Shown piece after piece: positions 38,660-52,566 of a DNA stretch of 64,000 nt. Below the pieces are notes generated by a model. The model had not been told where the DNA came from. It saw only the letters and a list, made by a program, of their open reading frames with translations, and did not search any database. The translations under genes and the position numbers were made by a program. This DNA is from Podarcis filfolensis (Eukaryota). The stretch lies in the NCBI GenBank assembly GCA_964270895.1, contig OZ185444.1. One strand, given 5' to 3'. Every line of letters begins with the position of its first letter. The first letter of the stretch is position 1.

Positions 38660-40290
38660 TGAGGGTACCCAACTCCCTGGGGCTGCTGAAACTGATTATG
38701 GTTGGCCATGCCAGGCCCCAGCCCTGGTCCTGCTCCCTGACGCTGCTGCTCCATCAGCTGCCGTCTCATTAGGATTTCCCGAAACTGGGGAGACATGGTT
38801 GCTGCAGGATTCATATTCATTTGCTGTGCCTGAGGATTCATCCCGCCCATGGCCTGCTGGGGTGGTGGCTGCTGGGGTGGCGACTGCTGGGGCATGCTGG
38901 GCCTCTGCACACCTGCTTGCATCGGATTCATATTTTGCATGCCTTGATTGGGATGCACACCTTGCTGTCCTGGCATGGCCTGCTGCTGCATCCCTGGTTG
39001 CCCTTGAGGCATTCCAGGCTGTCCCGGCATGCCCTGTGGATTCTGGTTCCCAACATACTTGGCAGCCCTCTGCTTGATGAAAGCAGCTAACAGCTGAGGG
39101 TTGGAGTGCAGGATGTTAAGCACCTGCTGCTGCTGCATGGGAGAGCTGGGGGACCTGAGAGTCCGCAGCAGGTTTTGTAAGGCTGCCTGGGGCACAGAGC
39201 TTTGCTTTGACGGAGCAGCGCCAGGGACCTGACCCATTCCTGGCTGCTGCGGTGACATACTCATCTGCTGCCCAGCCTGGCCCATTGACATCATTGGTCT
39301 CTGCATTCCTGACGGCAGCTGCTGAGGTTGAGGCAAGCCTCCCTGGGCCCATGCGGGCTGCTGCTGAATTCCTGATGGTCCCATCCCTTGATCTATATGG
39401 CCCCCGGGACCTCTGGCCATCTGAGGTGGTGTTACACTCATAGGCTGTATTTGATTCATCTGGGGCATCTGGTGTTGAATTGGCCTCTGGAAAATTGGAT
39501 GGGCCATCTGCCGCTGGTGGTCAGCTACTCGCTGGATCTGCATGGCTATTTCCACGGCAGCTGCAGGGGGCCCCGGCATAGGTGGCTGAGTAGCCTGAGG
39601 AGTTGTTGGAGGAGTTACCTGGCCACCTGCCTTGCCTTGGGAGACAGCACCAGGAGGCTGAGTTCTTGACATGCTATACGGAGGCATGTTATTGGGAGGT
39701 ACGGGCTGCGGCTGCGAGGCATGCTGGGGTGGAGGCTGCGGCTGTGGGGTCTGAGGAGTTGGTGGCTGCTGGCCTGTCGGAGTTGTTGGTGTGGCTGGTG
39801 TTGGCGAGGGCAACCCTTGCTGCTGGCCTACTATGCCGGTCCTCTGCATGCTTGCCACCCTCCTCCGGAGCATCTGGGCCTGCTGCAGGCGGTGCTGAAG
39901 CTGCTGCTGACGAAGCTTGTGTTTGATGTTGAGGCAAAAGGGCACTGGGCACTTGTTCTCCTGGCAGTGCTTAGCATGGTAGCAGCAAAGAGCAATGAGC
40001 TGCTTGCAAATGGGGCACCCTCCATTGGTTTTGCGCTTGCAACCTTTGGTGTGCTGGACGACCCTCTTCATCTTCTGACAAGACGGCAATGAGCAGTTGG
40101 CATTGCGGCACTGGCAGGCATGGACCAAAGACTGGATGCAGCGCTGGATGCTCAGGCGACGTGAATCACCAGGACTCTGCGTAGTGGCTGTCTGTTGGTT
40201 GTTGCTTTCATCGTCAATACCAAGGCCCAGTTTCTCCATCTTGTGCTCATGGTTTTTAGAGTTATAGCAGGTGATACATAAGTCATAATC
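38056..40290 (-). CDS. EP300: p300 exon 31 (ZZ end, TAZ2, NCBD/IBiD, Q-rich tail; TAA 38058-38056)
   Basis: tttttag|GAT TAT GAC; [23 protein letters not shown]; [17 protein letters not shown]; C-terminal [10 protein letters not shown] is diagnostic of p300 rather than CBP. Confidence 0.99.
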
Positions 40291-41713
40291 CTAAAAACAG
40301 AAATGATCAGTCAGATAACTGGCCTTATTCCCTGACAGAAGCACACATCTCTAAAAAATTAAATAGCTGATAAAAGATAGTCTTAATTAACAATGCAATC
40401 TCAAAATGCTAATGATGACCTGTCCAAGAAAAAAAATCATGAAACTTGGAAAGGCATAAACAAGCATTCACTGAAAACTATGCAATGACTATCAGCCAAA
40501 GTGGCTCAAGTGTCAGTTCTTAGGGGAAGAACAGCAAGACTGATATGGTGAGCAACAAAAGTGAAAGGCTGTTCCCATCTCAGACAGATGCAGACTTGAA
40601 ACAGGCCAGGAGTCACCAACCAGTGACTCCTAAGGTCCTAAGTTCTGAGTTTTCATATATTTATTTTTAAAAAGAAATTGCTTGACAGCCTAGAAAGTTA
40701 ACGAGGAAAAAGTGCAGATATGTTGCTAAGCAATTTCTGTGAATAGTCAGCCTGACTTCTGCCACCTGTCAATGTTTTTATTTTTTAGCCAATAAGTGAA
40801 GCCAGCTGTGATTAGTAAGTTAGGTAACAAGAACTACTTGGGTTCTGAAGAGCTGTTGTTTCCCCTCTCCCTCAGAGCACTCTTCATGCTTATTTTCTAG
40901 TAGTCCTTGGAATCTCTGTACTTTGCCATTTCTTTTCCCCTAGAAACCATAATGCATCTTTCCTATGGTGAATTCATCTGAGGTCAGGTAATCCCTAGAA
41001 GTTGCTTTCTCAAATACTACTACACAACAAATGTGGGTTGAAGAATGCCCTTGTCTCCAAAAGGAAAATCTGAAATCTTTGCAAAGTGGCTTAAGCATGT
41101 CTTCTGCTTTGCAGGAGCTAAAGAACACCTACTAAGAATGGCAGAGTCAGAAGTTTGAGTCCCTTTGTGCTTAATGGGCTTTACTCCCAGGTAAGCTGGT
41201 ATAGGATGGCAGCCTAGGCTTTGGTCTAGGGTTGAAAAATGGGGGGAGAGAGCACTGTTGTGCCTTTAATAGCTTTATGGTAGGCAGAAATTCATCAGGA
41301 AATACAATTATAAGAAACTTCACAATTACTGTACTTTCTCTAATCTTGTGTTATGACATGCTCCCATGGCTGCCATTTTGTCACTGGTACCCACAACACT
41401 CTCAAAATTTGAAATGTGTCCATTGTTCCAAAAGGAGAGTACATTTTCATCACTTTTTTTGGCTGTAATATCCTAAGAATGCTCTTTACTCTGAAACAGA
41501 GCCATGTTAAAATGGAAGTGTAAGCTATACGCTTCAACATAAATATCAAGATACTGGAGTAGGATAGCAAGGAACTTTTAAAATGTCCTAAGATAAAACC
41601 TAATATTACAGTAAACACTAATGAAACCCTCCACTTCAGTTCCAAAAACCTCTTCATGATATAAACCTCTGAATATTTGTATAACAAATTATTTCACCAG
41701 TGGCGAGACATAC

Positions 41714-41995
41714 CTCACAGACTGTGCAGTGCCACCTTGTTTCCACGTGGTGTTTGCACTCGTTGCAGGTATAAACAAAACGATCCTGGCTCTGAGTATG
41801 CAGCTCTACCAGCATGCACATGGTTGACCACATTGCCCTTCGTAGTGAGGAAAACTCAAGGTGTTTGTCTCTAGCAAGGGTGAGGAAGGCATCACGCCCA
41901 TCCATTAAGTCGCACGGAATGAGTGGGTCAGGTTCAATGATGGGAGGCAGGGAATTGGCTTGAGGACCAGCAATGAGACGGATCACAAAGAATAC
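41714..41995 (-). CDS. EP300: p300 exon 30 (HAT end, ZZ)
   Basis: VFFVIRLIAGPQANSLPPIIEPDP..HVETRWHCTVCE; 282 nt. Confidence 0.98.
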
Positions 41996-42180
41996 CTGAA
42001 AAAGAGAGTAACGGATTTTAGGCTTTATTCCAAGAGGTTTGATTCATCACCCTTAACTATACAATGCCTTCTGTTCTCTGTCTTTCAGTCTCATTGTGGA
42101 GTCTGAAGCAGTCAACATGCTCCGAACATCAGGAACAAGCCACAACTGCTCCATATTTTGTCAAGTTTACTGCAGGATGG

Positions 42181-42183
<3 letters not shown>

Positions 42184-42231
<48 letters not shown>
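42184..42231. repeat. Pure (CAG)16 repeat, (CTG)16 on the EP300 sense strand, intron 29
   Basis: 48 uninterrupted nt counted. Confidence 0.97.
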
Positions 42232-42233
<2 letters not shown>

Positions 42234-43318
42234 TTCTAGCCCCCCTGTACTTCCTTGGCCCAGCGTTGTAGAGAAAAGAGCTGGGCATTAGGCAACAAGT
42301 GCCATCAACCTTATTCTCAATGTCTCTGGGCCCCACCCTGCTGTACATATCAGGGGCCAGGCCCAGCAGCATCGAGAGTAAGAAGTTAGGGGACAACTAG
42401 CTGTCAAATTTGGCCTACAAGGGGTTGGAGAGATAACAATTTGGCTCTCTGCGCTAGAATGTTTCCCACCCCTGCCCTAAAAGATACCTGAAATAGTAAA
42501 ACACCTAGTTATAATACTTTGTGTTATACAAATCAAATTCAGATTATTTGGTTTATAACGCTCCAATCTGTATGTTTAACTTCATTTACCACAACAAAGT
42601 CAACCCAAAATCACTTGGCCACAATGCAACCTCAGCCTGATTGCATGCCCCTATTGAGCATTTTCTTCAGTGTTTTTTTTCCAGGGGGTCCTCAAGGGTA
42701 TGCAGTACCAGCACCTCTATTGTTGTTGTTAAAAAGTGTGGCACTTACTATAACAACTTCATGGTGAGTACTGGTACCTATTTTTCTAGAAAAAAGCACT
42801 TGTTTTCTTTCACAGTTTTCCCTTACTCTCACATGTGTTTGATAACATGCTCATAGGTTTACAGTATGCCTTATGCTTCATTGTGCCTTAGAATTTGGCA
42901 AAAAAACTCAACTTTCCAATTTACAATACAGACCTTAAAATAGCTATATAGGTTTATTAGATAAGAAAAGATTTTGTTTTTGTATATTATCTAAATACCC
43001 AGGAGAAATAAGATTTTAAAAAACCTTTTTAACACAAATAGAAACATGTATGCAACTAATTTCCACAATGTTCCACAGAGCATGTATGTGTGCAGTCTGC
43101 CGCTCATTTCAATACATTCCCTCAGAAGCCTCACACCACTGGATTAAATTAACCATGCGTCTAACTTGTGTGGCAAATGAAAAGAAGATTATTATTTGGT
43201 CATGAAGTTCCCTCAGTCAACATGGAAGTAATAAACCCCCTACTTTTACAGTCCAAGGATATATTTCACTTGCACTTAGATGCTGCAGCCATTCAGATAC
43301 TTTAAATATTGTTCTTAC

Positions 43319-43480
43319 CTCCTTATGCTTTTCCATAGTGGCATACAGTTTCTGGGAAAGGTCATTGGAGACATTAGGCATTCCAGGTTTCTTTTTATTA
43401 CCACGACTCAAGCTGCTCTTATTTTTACTGGTCTTCTTATTATTTTTCTTTTTGGCGTTTTTGCTATCTCCTTTGCTGAC
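43319..43480 (-). CDS. EP300: p300 exon 29 (autoinhibitory/activation loop)
   Basis: VSKGDSKNAKKKNNKKTSKNKSSLSRGNKKKPGMPNVSNDLSQKLYATMEKHKE; 162 nt. Confidence 0.98.
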
Positions 43481-43902
43481 CTGCAATGTGAATGGAGAAT
43501 TGAGTCTAATTTGAAAATGGCAAGACACATTTGGTTCCCAGGAGAATAAACAAGCAACCACCAAGAAGTCATTACAACACATCAATTATCCATCAGTCCC
43601 AAAAGCAAAGGTGGCAACTTAAGCCAGGTAAGGCACATATTCATGTCTTGATCTTATCCACACAAGAGGCAAAAACTATGGCAGCTAGAATGTTCTTCAG
43701 GCAATTTTAAGAAGTAATTCCTGAATGAAAACAAAATGTTGTGGGTTGGTTCCTTGTTCCTTTCCACCAACAAACGTATTAGAAATTAATAAATAATTCT
43801 AGAGAGGATTCCTGGATCCTGGGTCCAGTTCAATATGCCAGTTGTAGATTTTAGGAAATAAAGTGATGAATGACATTTGTTGGGAAAACATGACTTCCTT
43901 AC

Positions 43903-44067
43903 ATCAGTGCTCTCATTGCTAGTGTTCTCTTCTCTCTTTCGCTCCTCTTCCTCTTGCTCTAGCTCCTTAATGCTCTCTTCTAAAACATTAGGCCAGAAGT
44001 CCCCTTCAAAGTAAGGCAGCTCTTTTGCACTTGTCAGACGGTCTTCTGTTGCCTGCTTAAAAATATC
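43903..44067 (-). CDS. EP300: p300 exon 28 (HAT)
   Basis: DIFKQATEDRLTSAKELPYFEGDFWPNVLEES..NESTD; 165 nt. Confidence 0.98.
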
Positions 44068-44500
44068 CTGCAACACAAAATGTTTCTCAGTACACATCAC
44101 ATTGATGACAGGAGCAAAAGCAGAAATTCTCATGCAGAAGGCCTCCTAGTCTCTCTTGAACATTAATAATAATAGTAATAATAATAATAATAATTCGTAC
44201 CCTGCCCATCTGACTAGGTTGCCCCAACCACTCAGGGACACTTTAATTCTTCAAAGTTGTTTTTCTTCTAGGCTTATTTTTAAAAAATAGTGCTGTTGTT
44301 TACGGTGCAAGTTTTTTTCTATCCACCAAATTTGAAATGCTTCATAAGATCCAAATGCTTCTCGGACATTACCTTTTAAGTACTGTTAGCTAAGCAATAT
44401 TCTCAAAAATATTTCGACATTTTTCTCAAAATAAATTCCTGTTCCAGTATACATAAGGTGCAAGAACTAAAGGTGATATTTAAACTAATTCACAACCAAC

Positions 44501-44666
44501 CTTGTAATCATGCACTATGCGCTCTGACACAGATTTATCCAGCATCTTTTTGTACCACTCTTGCAGTCGTTTGGGTTTGGGTATCTTTTGGTCAGGAGGA
44601 TGGCAATGGAAAATATAATCATCACCTTCACTAGGTGGGCAGGCCCATATATGTCCCGTTGTATAC
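44501..44666 (-). CDS. EP300: p300 exon 27 (HAT catalytic core)
   Basis: YTTGHIWACPPSEGDDYIFHCHPPDQKIPKPKRLQEWYKKMLDKSVSERIVHDYK; 166 nt. Confidence 0.98.
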
Positions 44667-46587
44667 CTAATAGGAATTAAAGGAAAAGTCAATACCATTA
44701 GTTCTGTTATTCATTATAGTGTTTCACCCTGTTGCCCACTTCATTTATCCATTTTTTCAGGAGCAAGAGTTTCTTTTACAACATCCAAGCAGAGCCAAGG
44801 TCAGCCTAGAAATATTGCATCCAAGGAGCAATGTATAAATGATGCAGATGACCTCCCCATCCAGGTTAACTGGTCATACCCAAAACTGCTTCCCTTCAGA
44901 AACAGAACTGATTCATATACCTTTAAACTATTCTAAGGGATTGAGAAGCCTGATGCAGTAGCCAATGGAAAGAGCTTATTGTCCAACTCTACCCACCCAA
45001 TCTCTGTTTGAAAACAGTTACAGGCTATGCTCAATAATACTTGCAAAACTGGGAGAAATCTGAGTTTTTAATGGTTTTATTAATATTGTCTTATTGAATT
45101 TAGGCTCCTTTTCTTTGGGGATGGATAAATAGGTCAGATTTAGAATGCTCACCATTCTTTCTAAACTATTTTGCCCTATATACCCTCCCCAACCAGATGC
45201 TGGGTAGTTCTTTATCCCTTCCATTTATCTATAATTCCTTGTGCAACTGCTGCACAACAGCCTTGTAAGGCAGACCAGCTGCACCTGAACTATCTGATAA
45301 TCACTGCCACCACCACTCCTTTTCAACACTTACGACTCCCCCACATGGGAGGAGATTCTGGGGTGCTCAAGGAAATGCTAGGTCCTGAAGTCAAGTTGTT
45401 CAGAATCTACCGCCTATGCTTCTTCCCCTTGAAGCAACTTGACCAATATTTCCTGCTGCTTTATCAGCCAATTTCTACTTTAGCTTTTGCTTGTGAGCCC
45501 ATTTCTACCATTATAGTTACAATTTAATGGCAGAATGCACCCTTTACTCAGTCTTCTACAGCTTATCTTCTCAACAACCAATATGTGGCGGTCAGCAGCT
45601 TATATATCTGTGACAGTTTATTTTGGGTAGCCAACTTTATCTGCTTCATTTGATAGCAAAGAACATTTAAGTAGAGAAAAGGGTTACTTTACCCAGGCAA
45701 GAATTATGTAGCAACGATGATTTTAAAAAAACCAGAGAGAAACAACGAAACCCCATTGATACAGATCTTAAACTGTCCCTTTGCTTAGATTTCAAAATTT
45801 GTATAATCAGACACCTTTTTCACAACAACAGGGATATTTGTGGGACCTCTTTTTATAAGCATATCACTAATTATTCTACATTTTCTTCAAATCCACTCCA
45901 CTTCCTCTCGCTTATTTCACTTTGTTATTTACTTAGTTTTGTCTACAATTTGGTTAAATTAATTCAGGTTAATCTAGTTAAATGAGACCTCTCACATCAT
46001 GCTGGTTTTATTTATTTTCAATCAATCCGCCCTGGTTTCTTTTCTCTCCCCCTCCCCCAGACAAATTATCTCCTGCATCAAAATTTCTACTCAGTGCTGG
46101 TGACTATCACTACATAAAATGAGACAAAGGCTCTGCCCTCAGATATACAAACTTTAAAAAAGAGACATTAAAGAAAATAATTCAGGGAAAAGGTAGAGAC
46201 GGAAAAAAAGTTTTACACCATAGGTGGGTTATTTGACAGCAATTACAAGAGACTGTCACATCACTGATCAATACAATAAAAGACAACAACATTTAAGACT
46301 ATCTTTATTTTTGTAAGTCAGCATTGCAGGAATTGTTCTCCTTTAAAAACACCCAGATCAGACTTGTCAAGCTGGAACTTCTCTATATACTGACTTCTGC
46401 CCATACATTGAAGGGACTCAAAATGTACTGTACGGTTGCCACAAGCAACCTAACTGTATACTCTCCCTCATTAAGGTTAATTACTAATTGTGGGCACATC
46501 TATACCCACAAATTTACTTCTGAAGATCTATCATTTTCAATCATTTGGGATACTATGGAGTTTATTGCAGAAGAACAGAAAGCTTAC

Positions 46588-46701
46588 CCCAACTTTTTAA
46601 CGTATTCGAGGTATCCTATTAGGATTTCATGATATACAGCAGTCCTCAGGCATTTGGGGCGGAAGAAGTGAACACTGTCAAGGTATGATATGTATACTCT
46701 C
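46588..46701 (-). CDS. EP300: p300 exon 26 (HAT)
   Basis: [38 protein letters not shown]; 114 nt; tctag| and |gtaagc. Confidence 0.97.
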
Positions 46702-48104
46702 CTAGATAAAGAACAGAGAACATTCATAAATCCAGGCCATAATCAGAAACATTATTCAAATACCTCACCATTCCTTTCCCCCCCCCCCATTATCAAGGAA
46801 AAAATGTCTGTTGGTGTTTGAATTAAGGTACTTTCAACACTTGAGTAATTCGTCTTCCTTCACATTTTTTTCTTTACATAGCTATCTCAATTATATTGCC
46901 ATTTCCCTGCCCAAACTTTTTCTCTATTTGCCATGTAATATTCTATACACCATGGTGTCCTCAAACACCCCCTTAGTGGCCACCAATATCCCTTGCCCTT
47001 CAGTTCTAATATTTCTTTAAATGAGCTTTTGGGGGGCTTGCTTATCTTGTATTTGTTCTGGGGAAGGTTGCCTATTTTAGAGGGTATGTTAACTGCTTTT
47101 TTAATCTGATATTTGTTATCAGAGATGTATAGGTGTTTTGTCTGTTGGGGGGGGTATTCTGAGCATCACTATTTTCTTCTTCTCTGAAACTGATATCTTG
47201 GGGTGCCCATGACAGTTTTAGATTTCCAAAGGCGGCCTTAAAACTCCAAAGGTTGGGGGCCCTTGTTTTATATTTTATTTTACAGCACTCATCTCTGGAA
47301 GAAATTAAGGTCAGGAAGGTTCAGTCACAATGTCAAACCTTGGTTTGGTGCTACTAGAATGAACCTTCAAGAAGCTTTAGGCTTGCATGCTGTGATTTTA
47401 TGTGAACTGGAAAACTAGGATTTGTCTTTGGCCAGAAAACGGGATCAAACTTTTGTTTCCAACACTGGCTCGCAGGTGAAGTACTAACTATAGTTTGACA
47501 GTTCAGACAAAACAACTAACTCTGACTTGCCTCAGACCAGAAAGGGAACTGTCCTGTGCAATGGAGGGCAAAAAGTGCACATGCAAGCCAAAAGCTCCTT
47601 GAAGGTTTGTACTTATAGTATCAAGTCACAGTTGATATTTAAACTAGTCCTGCAAACTTGTTGGGCTAGATCTCTCTCTGGCATGCAAGCCTCAGACGTT
47701 GGATGTTCTCAAGTGTTTTGTAAGGCGAGTCTGTTACAGTAACAAACATATATAGTCTCATTAACAATGCAGCATAATAAATAGAAATAAGGTCAGGAGA
47801 AAAAAATGTGGTACTGGTTTACATGGTGCCACTTCTAAGTAGTATTAACACCTCTCAAATACTGAGTACTTAGCTTGCATTAAAACTTTAGGCATTACTT
47901 GACCTCTATAAATAGGTCACTCATAGGCTACTTTCCCCCATTCAAGAGATATGGGCACATTATGTGGCTAGCACAATAGTCTCAGGATACATCTCCCAAC
48001 AATTATTGCAATAGTTTAACAATCCATCCCCAAGTAGAAGACCAATATGAGCAGATGAGCTTATTCATTTAATTCTGTAGAAAATACTGAATTTAAGGGG
48101 AAAA

Positions 48105-48112
48105 CATCATCA

Positions 48113-48146
<34 letters not shown>

Positions 48147-48175
48147 TACTACTACTACTACTACTACTATTATTA
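48105..48175. repeat. Compound (CAT)(TAT)n(TAC)n trinucleotide microsatellite
   Basis: Read directly from the sequence. Confidence 0.95.
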
Positions 48176-48917
48176 CATATAAAAGATAAACAAGCTTCAA
48201 CAATTATGCTTGCCATGGGGAGTGCCATGGGGAGTCTTCTGCCCAACTCTGATGCTCCAAAGATGGGTGGAGATTGTCCCCTGGAAGCATTTTGATGATC
48301 CCTGCCCTCTCCCCAGTTCTAAGGTTAGGAAGAAGGTGTGGGTTGGTTAGCATCTTCATTGCTCCAAGCCCCCACTTTGAACATACAGGCTCAAAACCAA
48401 CACCGATCTGCTTTGAGGGCTTCTTCAGTGGCTGCTCAATGGTGACATTCCCTCTCCCCCATAGAAGGGGGGCAGTCTTTGGCCATTACTTTGAGCTCCT
48501 TTGTTAAGCACTGGTGAAGCCAGAATGGTCCTGGCCTGCCTTTCCCACGGGACTTCTTTTGTTGCTGAGTGGAGGCGATTGCCTCCATCAAGCCACGAGG
48601 GGATGGGACAGGGTGGGAAGAGCAAACCTGGCAACCACAATTTTTGGCTTTGCTAGCAAAGCTATCCAAAAACCATAAAACCCTGAAGATAAAAACACTC
48701 CAGCTGCTTCTATGAACCATCAAAACCATCAACCATCAGAAAGGAAAGTCAGAGATAGAAAAGGAGTAGAGGGTAACTAGACATTTACAACGAATTTTGC
48801 AGTTTTCTTTGGGGCAAATAATTCAACCTCTCTTAAACCTTCAAAATGGCATATCTAGCAACAATCCAAACATAACTACCATCAAAATAATAAAACTTCA
48901 TCAGTGTAGTTCTTTAC

Positions 48918-49064
48918 CTCTGATTGGGTTGAGGGCAATCTGATCCATACTCCTGAACATGCATACCAAAAAAGCACAAATCAACACCATCAATCTCCTC
49001 AAAAGCAAAGAGGGCTTTTGTTCGATAAGGGAACTGTTCTGCCATCTCTCCACTATCTACAAAC
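48918..49064 (-). CDS. EP300: p300 exon 25 (HAT)
   Basis: [49 protein letters not shown]; 147 nt. Confidence 0.98.
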
Positions 49065-50018
49065 CTGCAAAATGTAAAGGCATAATTTAAAGGCAATCTT
49101 TGAAGACAAGTACAACAGAATGAAGGTAACAGAAATTCTAGTCATGTGGTACAGTTTCAAAAATGCAGATATTGTACCCAAAATAAAAATTAGTAACTAC
49201 TGCTATTTATTTTATAATGGATTTGTTTTAACTGCCTTGTTCTGTTGTAGTTTAACCTTAATGATGAAAACACCTTTAAGTGTCTTGATAGCATAACTGC
49301 GTGTCCAATTAATAAACTACACAAAACCTAAATGAGCACACCCGTAACTATGGAGAGAATTAGAGCCATCTCCGATAAGAATTTAACAATAAGAGATGCC
49401 TGTTCAGTCTCCTTAATGTGATTAATTTACTACCCTTCATTTCCTAGTCTTTCCCAACATCTCCCACATACCTTTTCTCCTCACCCTTACAATTCATTGT
49501 ATGAAATCTAAGTAACAAGATATGCAACCAACAGTGAATGCCCTAATTGTTATAATCATTCATACTATAATAGCAGCATTAAAAACACTTCACATTATGA
49601 CATTCCATGGGGAGTGTGGGGAAGCGAGGAAATATCTTAATATTAGAAGAGATCTGACCACCTTAGCCTGCAAATGAAAACTTAGCAGTTCAGGGTATCT
49701 ACAGCCTACTGAAATATTATGTTTTACTCCTTAAATTTTATTTTTTAGCTATAAATTATGAAAAGCCAATACTCTATTTAATCCCTATGATCAACATTTT
49801 TGAATTAATTCACCTTACTTAAAAAAACACTGTTATAATGGGAAAGTCATAGAAATAACAGTTTGAAACTCATAAATGTGAGATACGATTGATGGCAAAG
49901 ATATTGCCAAGTGCTCTTTGATTACGGAAATGATATATTATGCATTGCTTTAACACACATAGTAACTGTGCAACTAGAGGATTCATAAGGAAACTCAAAG
50001 ACTTGAGGAAAAACATAC

Positions 50019-50169
50019 CTTGCTTTCATCCCTGGCTTTACCTCTACAGTTTTCTCTGAAGTATGAACCACCCTAACTATGACTTCGCCTGACTCAGGGT
50101 GATTCTGTCTTCTCAGGAACTCATTCACTCTGTTCTCTAAGAATGTACCAAGTCTTGTGGCTGGTAACC
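50019..50169 (-). CDS. EP300: p300 exon 24 (HAT start)
   Basis: LPATRLGTFLENRVNEFLRRQNHPESGEVIVRVVHTSEKTVEVKPGMKAR; 151 nt. Confidence 0.98.
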
Positions 50170-50599
50170 CTGTATAAAACAAAGAACTCTCAGTATACTA
50201 TTACAGTAAACATCAACACCAAAATCGCCTAATATAAATAGGTATAGCTTTACCTTGAGACCCACTGATTAAAATTTGCACGCTTTTGCCCTTGATGTTA
50301 ATCTAAAACTTCTGCCTATTAATCTACCAACTGAATGATGTAGAACTGAACTAACCTGCTAACAGTTTTCAATAAAGCTAGTAATTAACATCTGCATAAT
50401 GTTCTCCCCAAGAAAAGAGGATAGCATCAGGCATATATATCGCCTAAATGAAGAAAATGGAATTCATCTAGAAACATGATTCCAGTACTTTTTGACCATA
50501 TGCTTGTCATGATGTCCCTAGCAGGGCACTAGAGCTCTTTTAAGATCTATCTCCAGCATCTTAAACTGTCCACCATACTAGCAAGATTGTTCCTGAACG

Positions 50600-50870
50600 G
50601 ACTACTCAGGAAAAAGTTATCTGTGTATAGCTCACTAAAAACACTGCATGCAGCAGCATAGAAAAAAGGCAAACAGTATTGGGAATGATTAGGAAAGAAA
50701 CTGGAAATCAAGTAGCATGCACAATACAACATCCCCACCCCCACCCCAATTCTCAAGCAATGATCCCAATAAATCCAGGAAGCTTTAATTATGGGGGGAA
50801 AGCAAACAGATGTTGAGACTTTAAGTATCAGGCTCATATAGTGGCTTGGTTTCCATTTTAGGATAATGGG
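50600..50870 (+). mobile_element. Decayed CR1 LINE ORF2 fragment
   Basis: GCAGCAGCATAGAAAAAAGGCAAACAGTATTGGGAATGATTAGGAAA resembles the CR1 motif AA.KKAN..LG.IRK. Confidence 0.55.
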
Positions 50871-51590
50871 GAAAACTCCAAGTGTTTGGCTGCAAGTTAA
50901 TGTCTTCCATATTTCAAGGATGTGCAGCGATCTGGGCCTCCTAATTGCACTTTGTCAGCGCAAGTTACCAGGCGGTTACTGATAGGCAAGGACTTCTATA
51001 CTTGCCTAATTTCTAATTATAAAAATGACCAAAGATTCAAAATTCCACCTTAAAGGCGGAGTAACGTTAGGATCATGTTCCTGATAGAGGAATATTGTCA
51101 GTACCCAAATTGAACTGATCTGGTCAATAGACTACCTCAAGTTAATTTCTGTGGCTCAGTGAAAAAAACAGCATGTAATAACAACAGTTCTCAATGTATC
51201 ACTTAGCTATAGGATCTTCTGAAATTAGTAAGATTTATTTCCTAATCGGTAAGTGAGCATCAAGTGGATGCTCTGACCCCTGAAATGCATCTTTGTTGGG
51301 TCCATGAGATCTTCTCAGGTTCTGTGTCCAGCCTCTGCAACTCCCTGCCAAGGGAAACGCTTCTTTTTATGAAGGCTCTTGGACTTTAGAGTTTTAATTT
51401 TGCTAAAAAGTTGTAAGTGGGCAATTGGGACTGTTATTTTAACTTGCTATTCTATTTTTGTTGTACTTGAAATTCTCTATTGCATTGATTTTTAATGTTG
51501 TTGTTAGCCATCTTGAAGGAAAGACAGGATTAAAATGCTTGAAATAAAGCAACCAAAGGGTTGAGGAAGACAAGGAATATCTTCACTTAC

Positions 51591-51658
51591 TTCGAGCACA
51601 AAATTTATTTTCTCTCCGGGTTCGCCCAGTTTTCTTTAGGCAACCATCACAAACAAAG
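51591..51658 (-). CDS. EP300: p300 exon 23 (PHD end)
   Basis: FVCDGCLKKTGRTRRENKFCAR; 68 nt; tttcag| and |gtaagt. Confidence 0.96.
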
Positions 51659-52488
51659 CTGAAATAGAAATGGGGAAAAAAGAGATTCAAAATATATTCT
51701 TAACACAAAGGTGAATAATCTCCACAAAAATATTCCTTTGCTATTTTCTAACATCCTGATACCCAGTACTTATTTCAACCATTATTTCTTTTTTTAAAAA
51801 AGGATAGCATATTGGATTTGATCAATGTTTTAGTATGTATCAACAATAAATTAGGAAATCACTAAAAGGTCTTATTGCCAAAAATATGTTTTATCAATTA
51901 ACTTCCCTTTTCCGGTTTAAGATGAGCACTAATTTTAAGCTGATCCAGTGATTAATGTACACTATACTACCACTTCAGCCGTTTCCCTACAGCACTTTCT
52001 TCAAAGGAGAGCATAAATCCCAACTAGGACAATATACTGGATGGACAGAATGGAGGATGCTGTGGAGAATGTTGGCCTGCCTTCTGAAATACTGCATCAT
52101 GGACCATATAAATGATGCTCTTTGTGCATTCTGTGATCTGTGGCAGCAGTAGTAAGGTTATTGGAACTAGAAAATCAAGCTTCCTGGGATCTGAGTTGTA
52201 GAAAGTCCCTCTAAAGGCAGCATTGATATTACATAGGAGTACGTTAACAAATGTCTATTAAGAGGGCAAGTTTATCAACTGACTTGAAAATAGTGACTTA
52301 ATGCCAAGCGTTTTAGAAAAACAATTTTAAGCTGGCATGGTTGCTGTTTTAAATTAGACCACCAGCACTCTTTCCAGATAGAACTGTAGTCATTCTGTCA
52401 TTTTTTTTAATTGTACACAAAAAGCACATCATCAACAAATTACCATCTTTGTAAGAAAAAAGGAAAGAAAAAGCGGGAAGCAACCCAC

Positions 52489-52566
52489 CCAGATGGCCAG
52501 ATTGTCTCATTGTGAAGCACACAAATCTGATGCATTTTTCTTCCACATTCTATACATTCAACAAAC
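52489..52566 (-). CDS. EP300: p300 exon 22 (PHD)
   Basis: FVECIECGRKMHQICVLHNETIWPSG; 78 nt. Confidence 0.97.

Noticed and set aside
38143-40092. Numerous short ORFs antisense or out of frame in EP300 exon 31
   Set aside because: Shadow frames of CAG-rich coding sequence.
42064-42396. PolyQ and polyL ORFs
   Set aside because: Translations of the intronic (CAG)16 microsatellite, with no splice or homology support.
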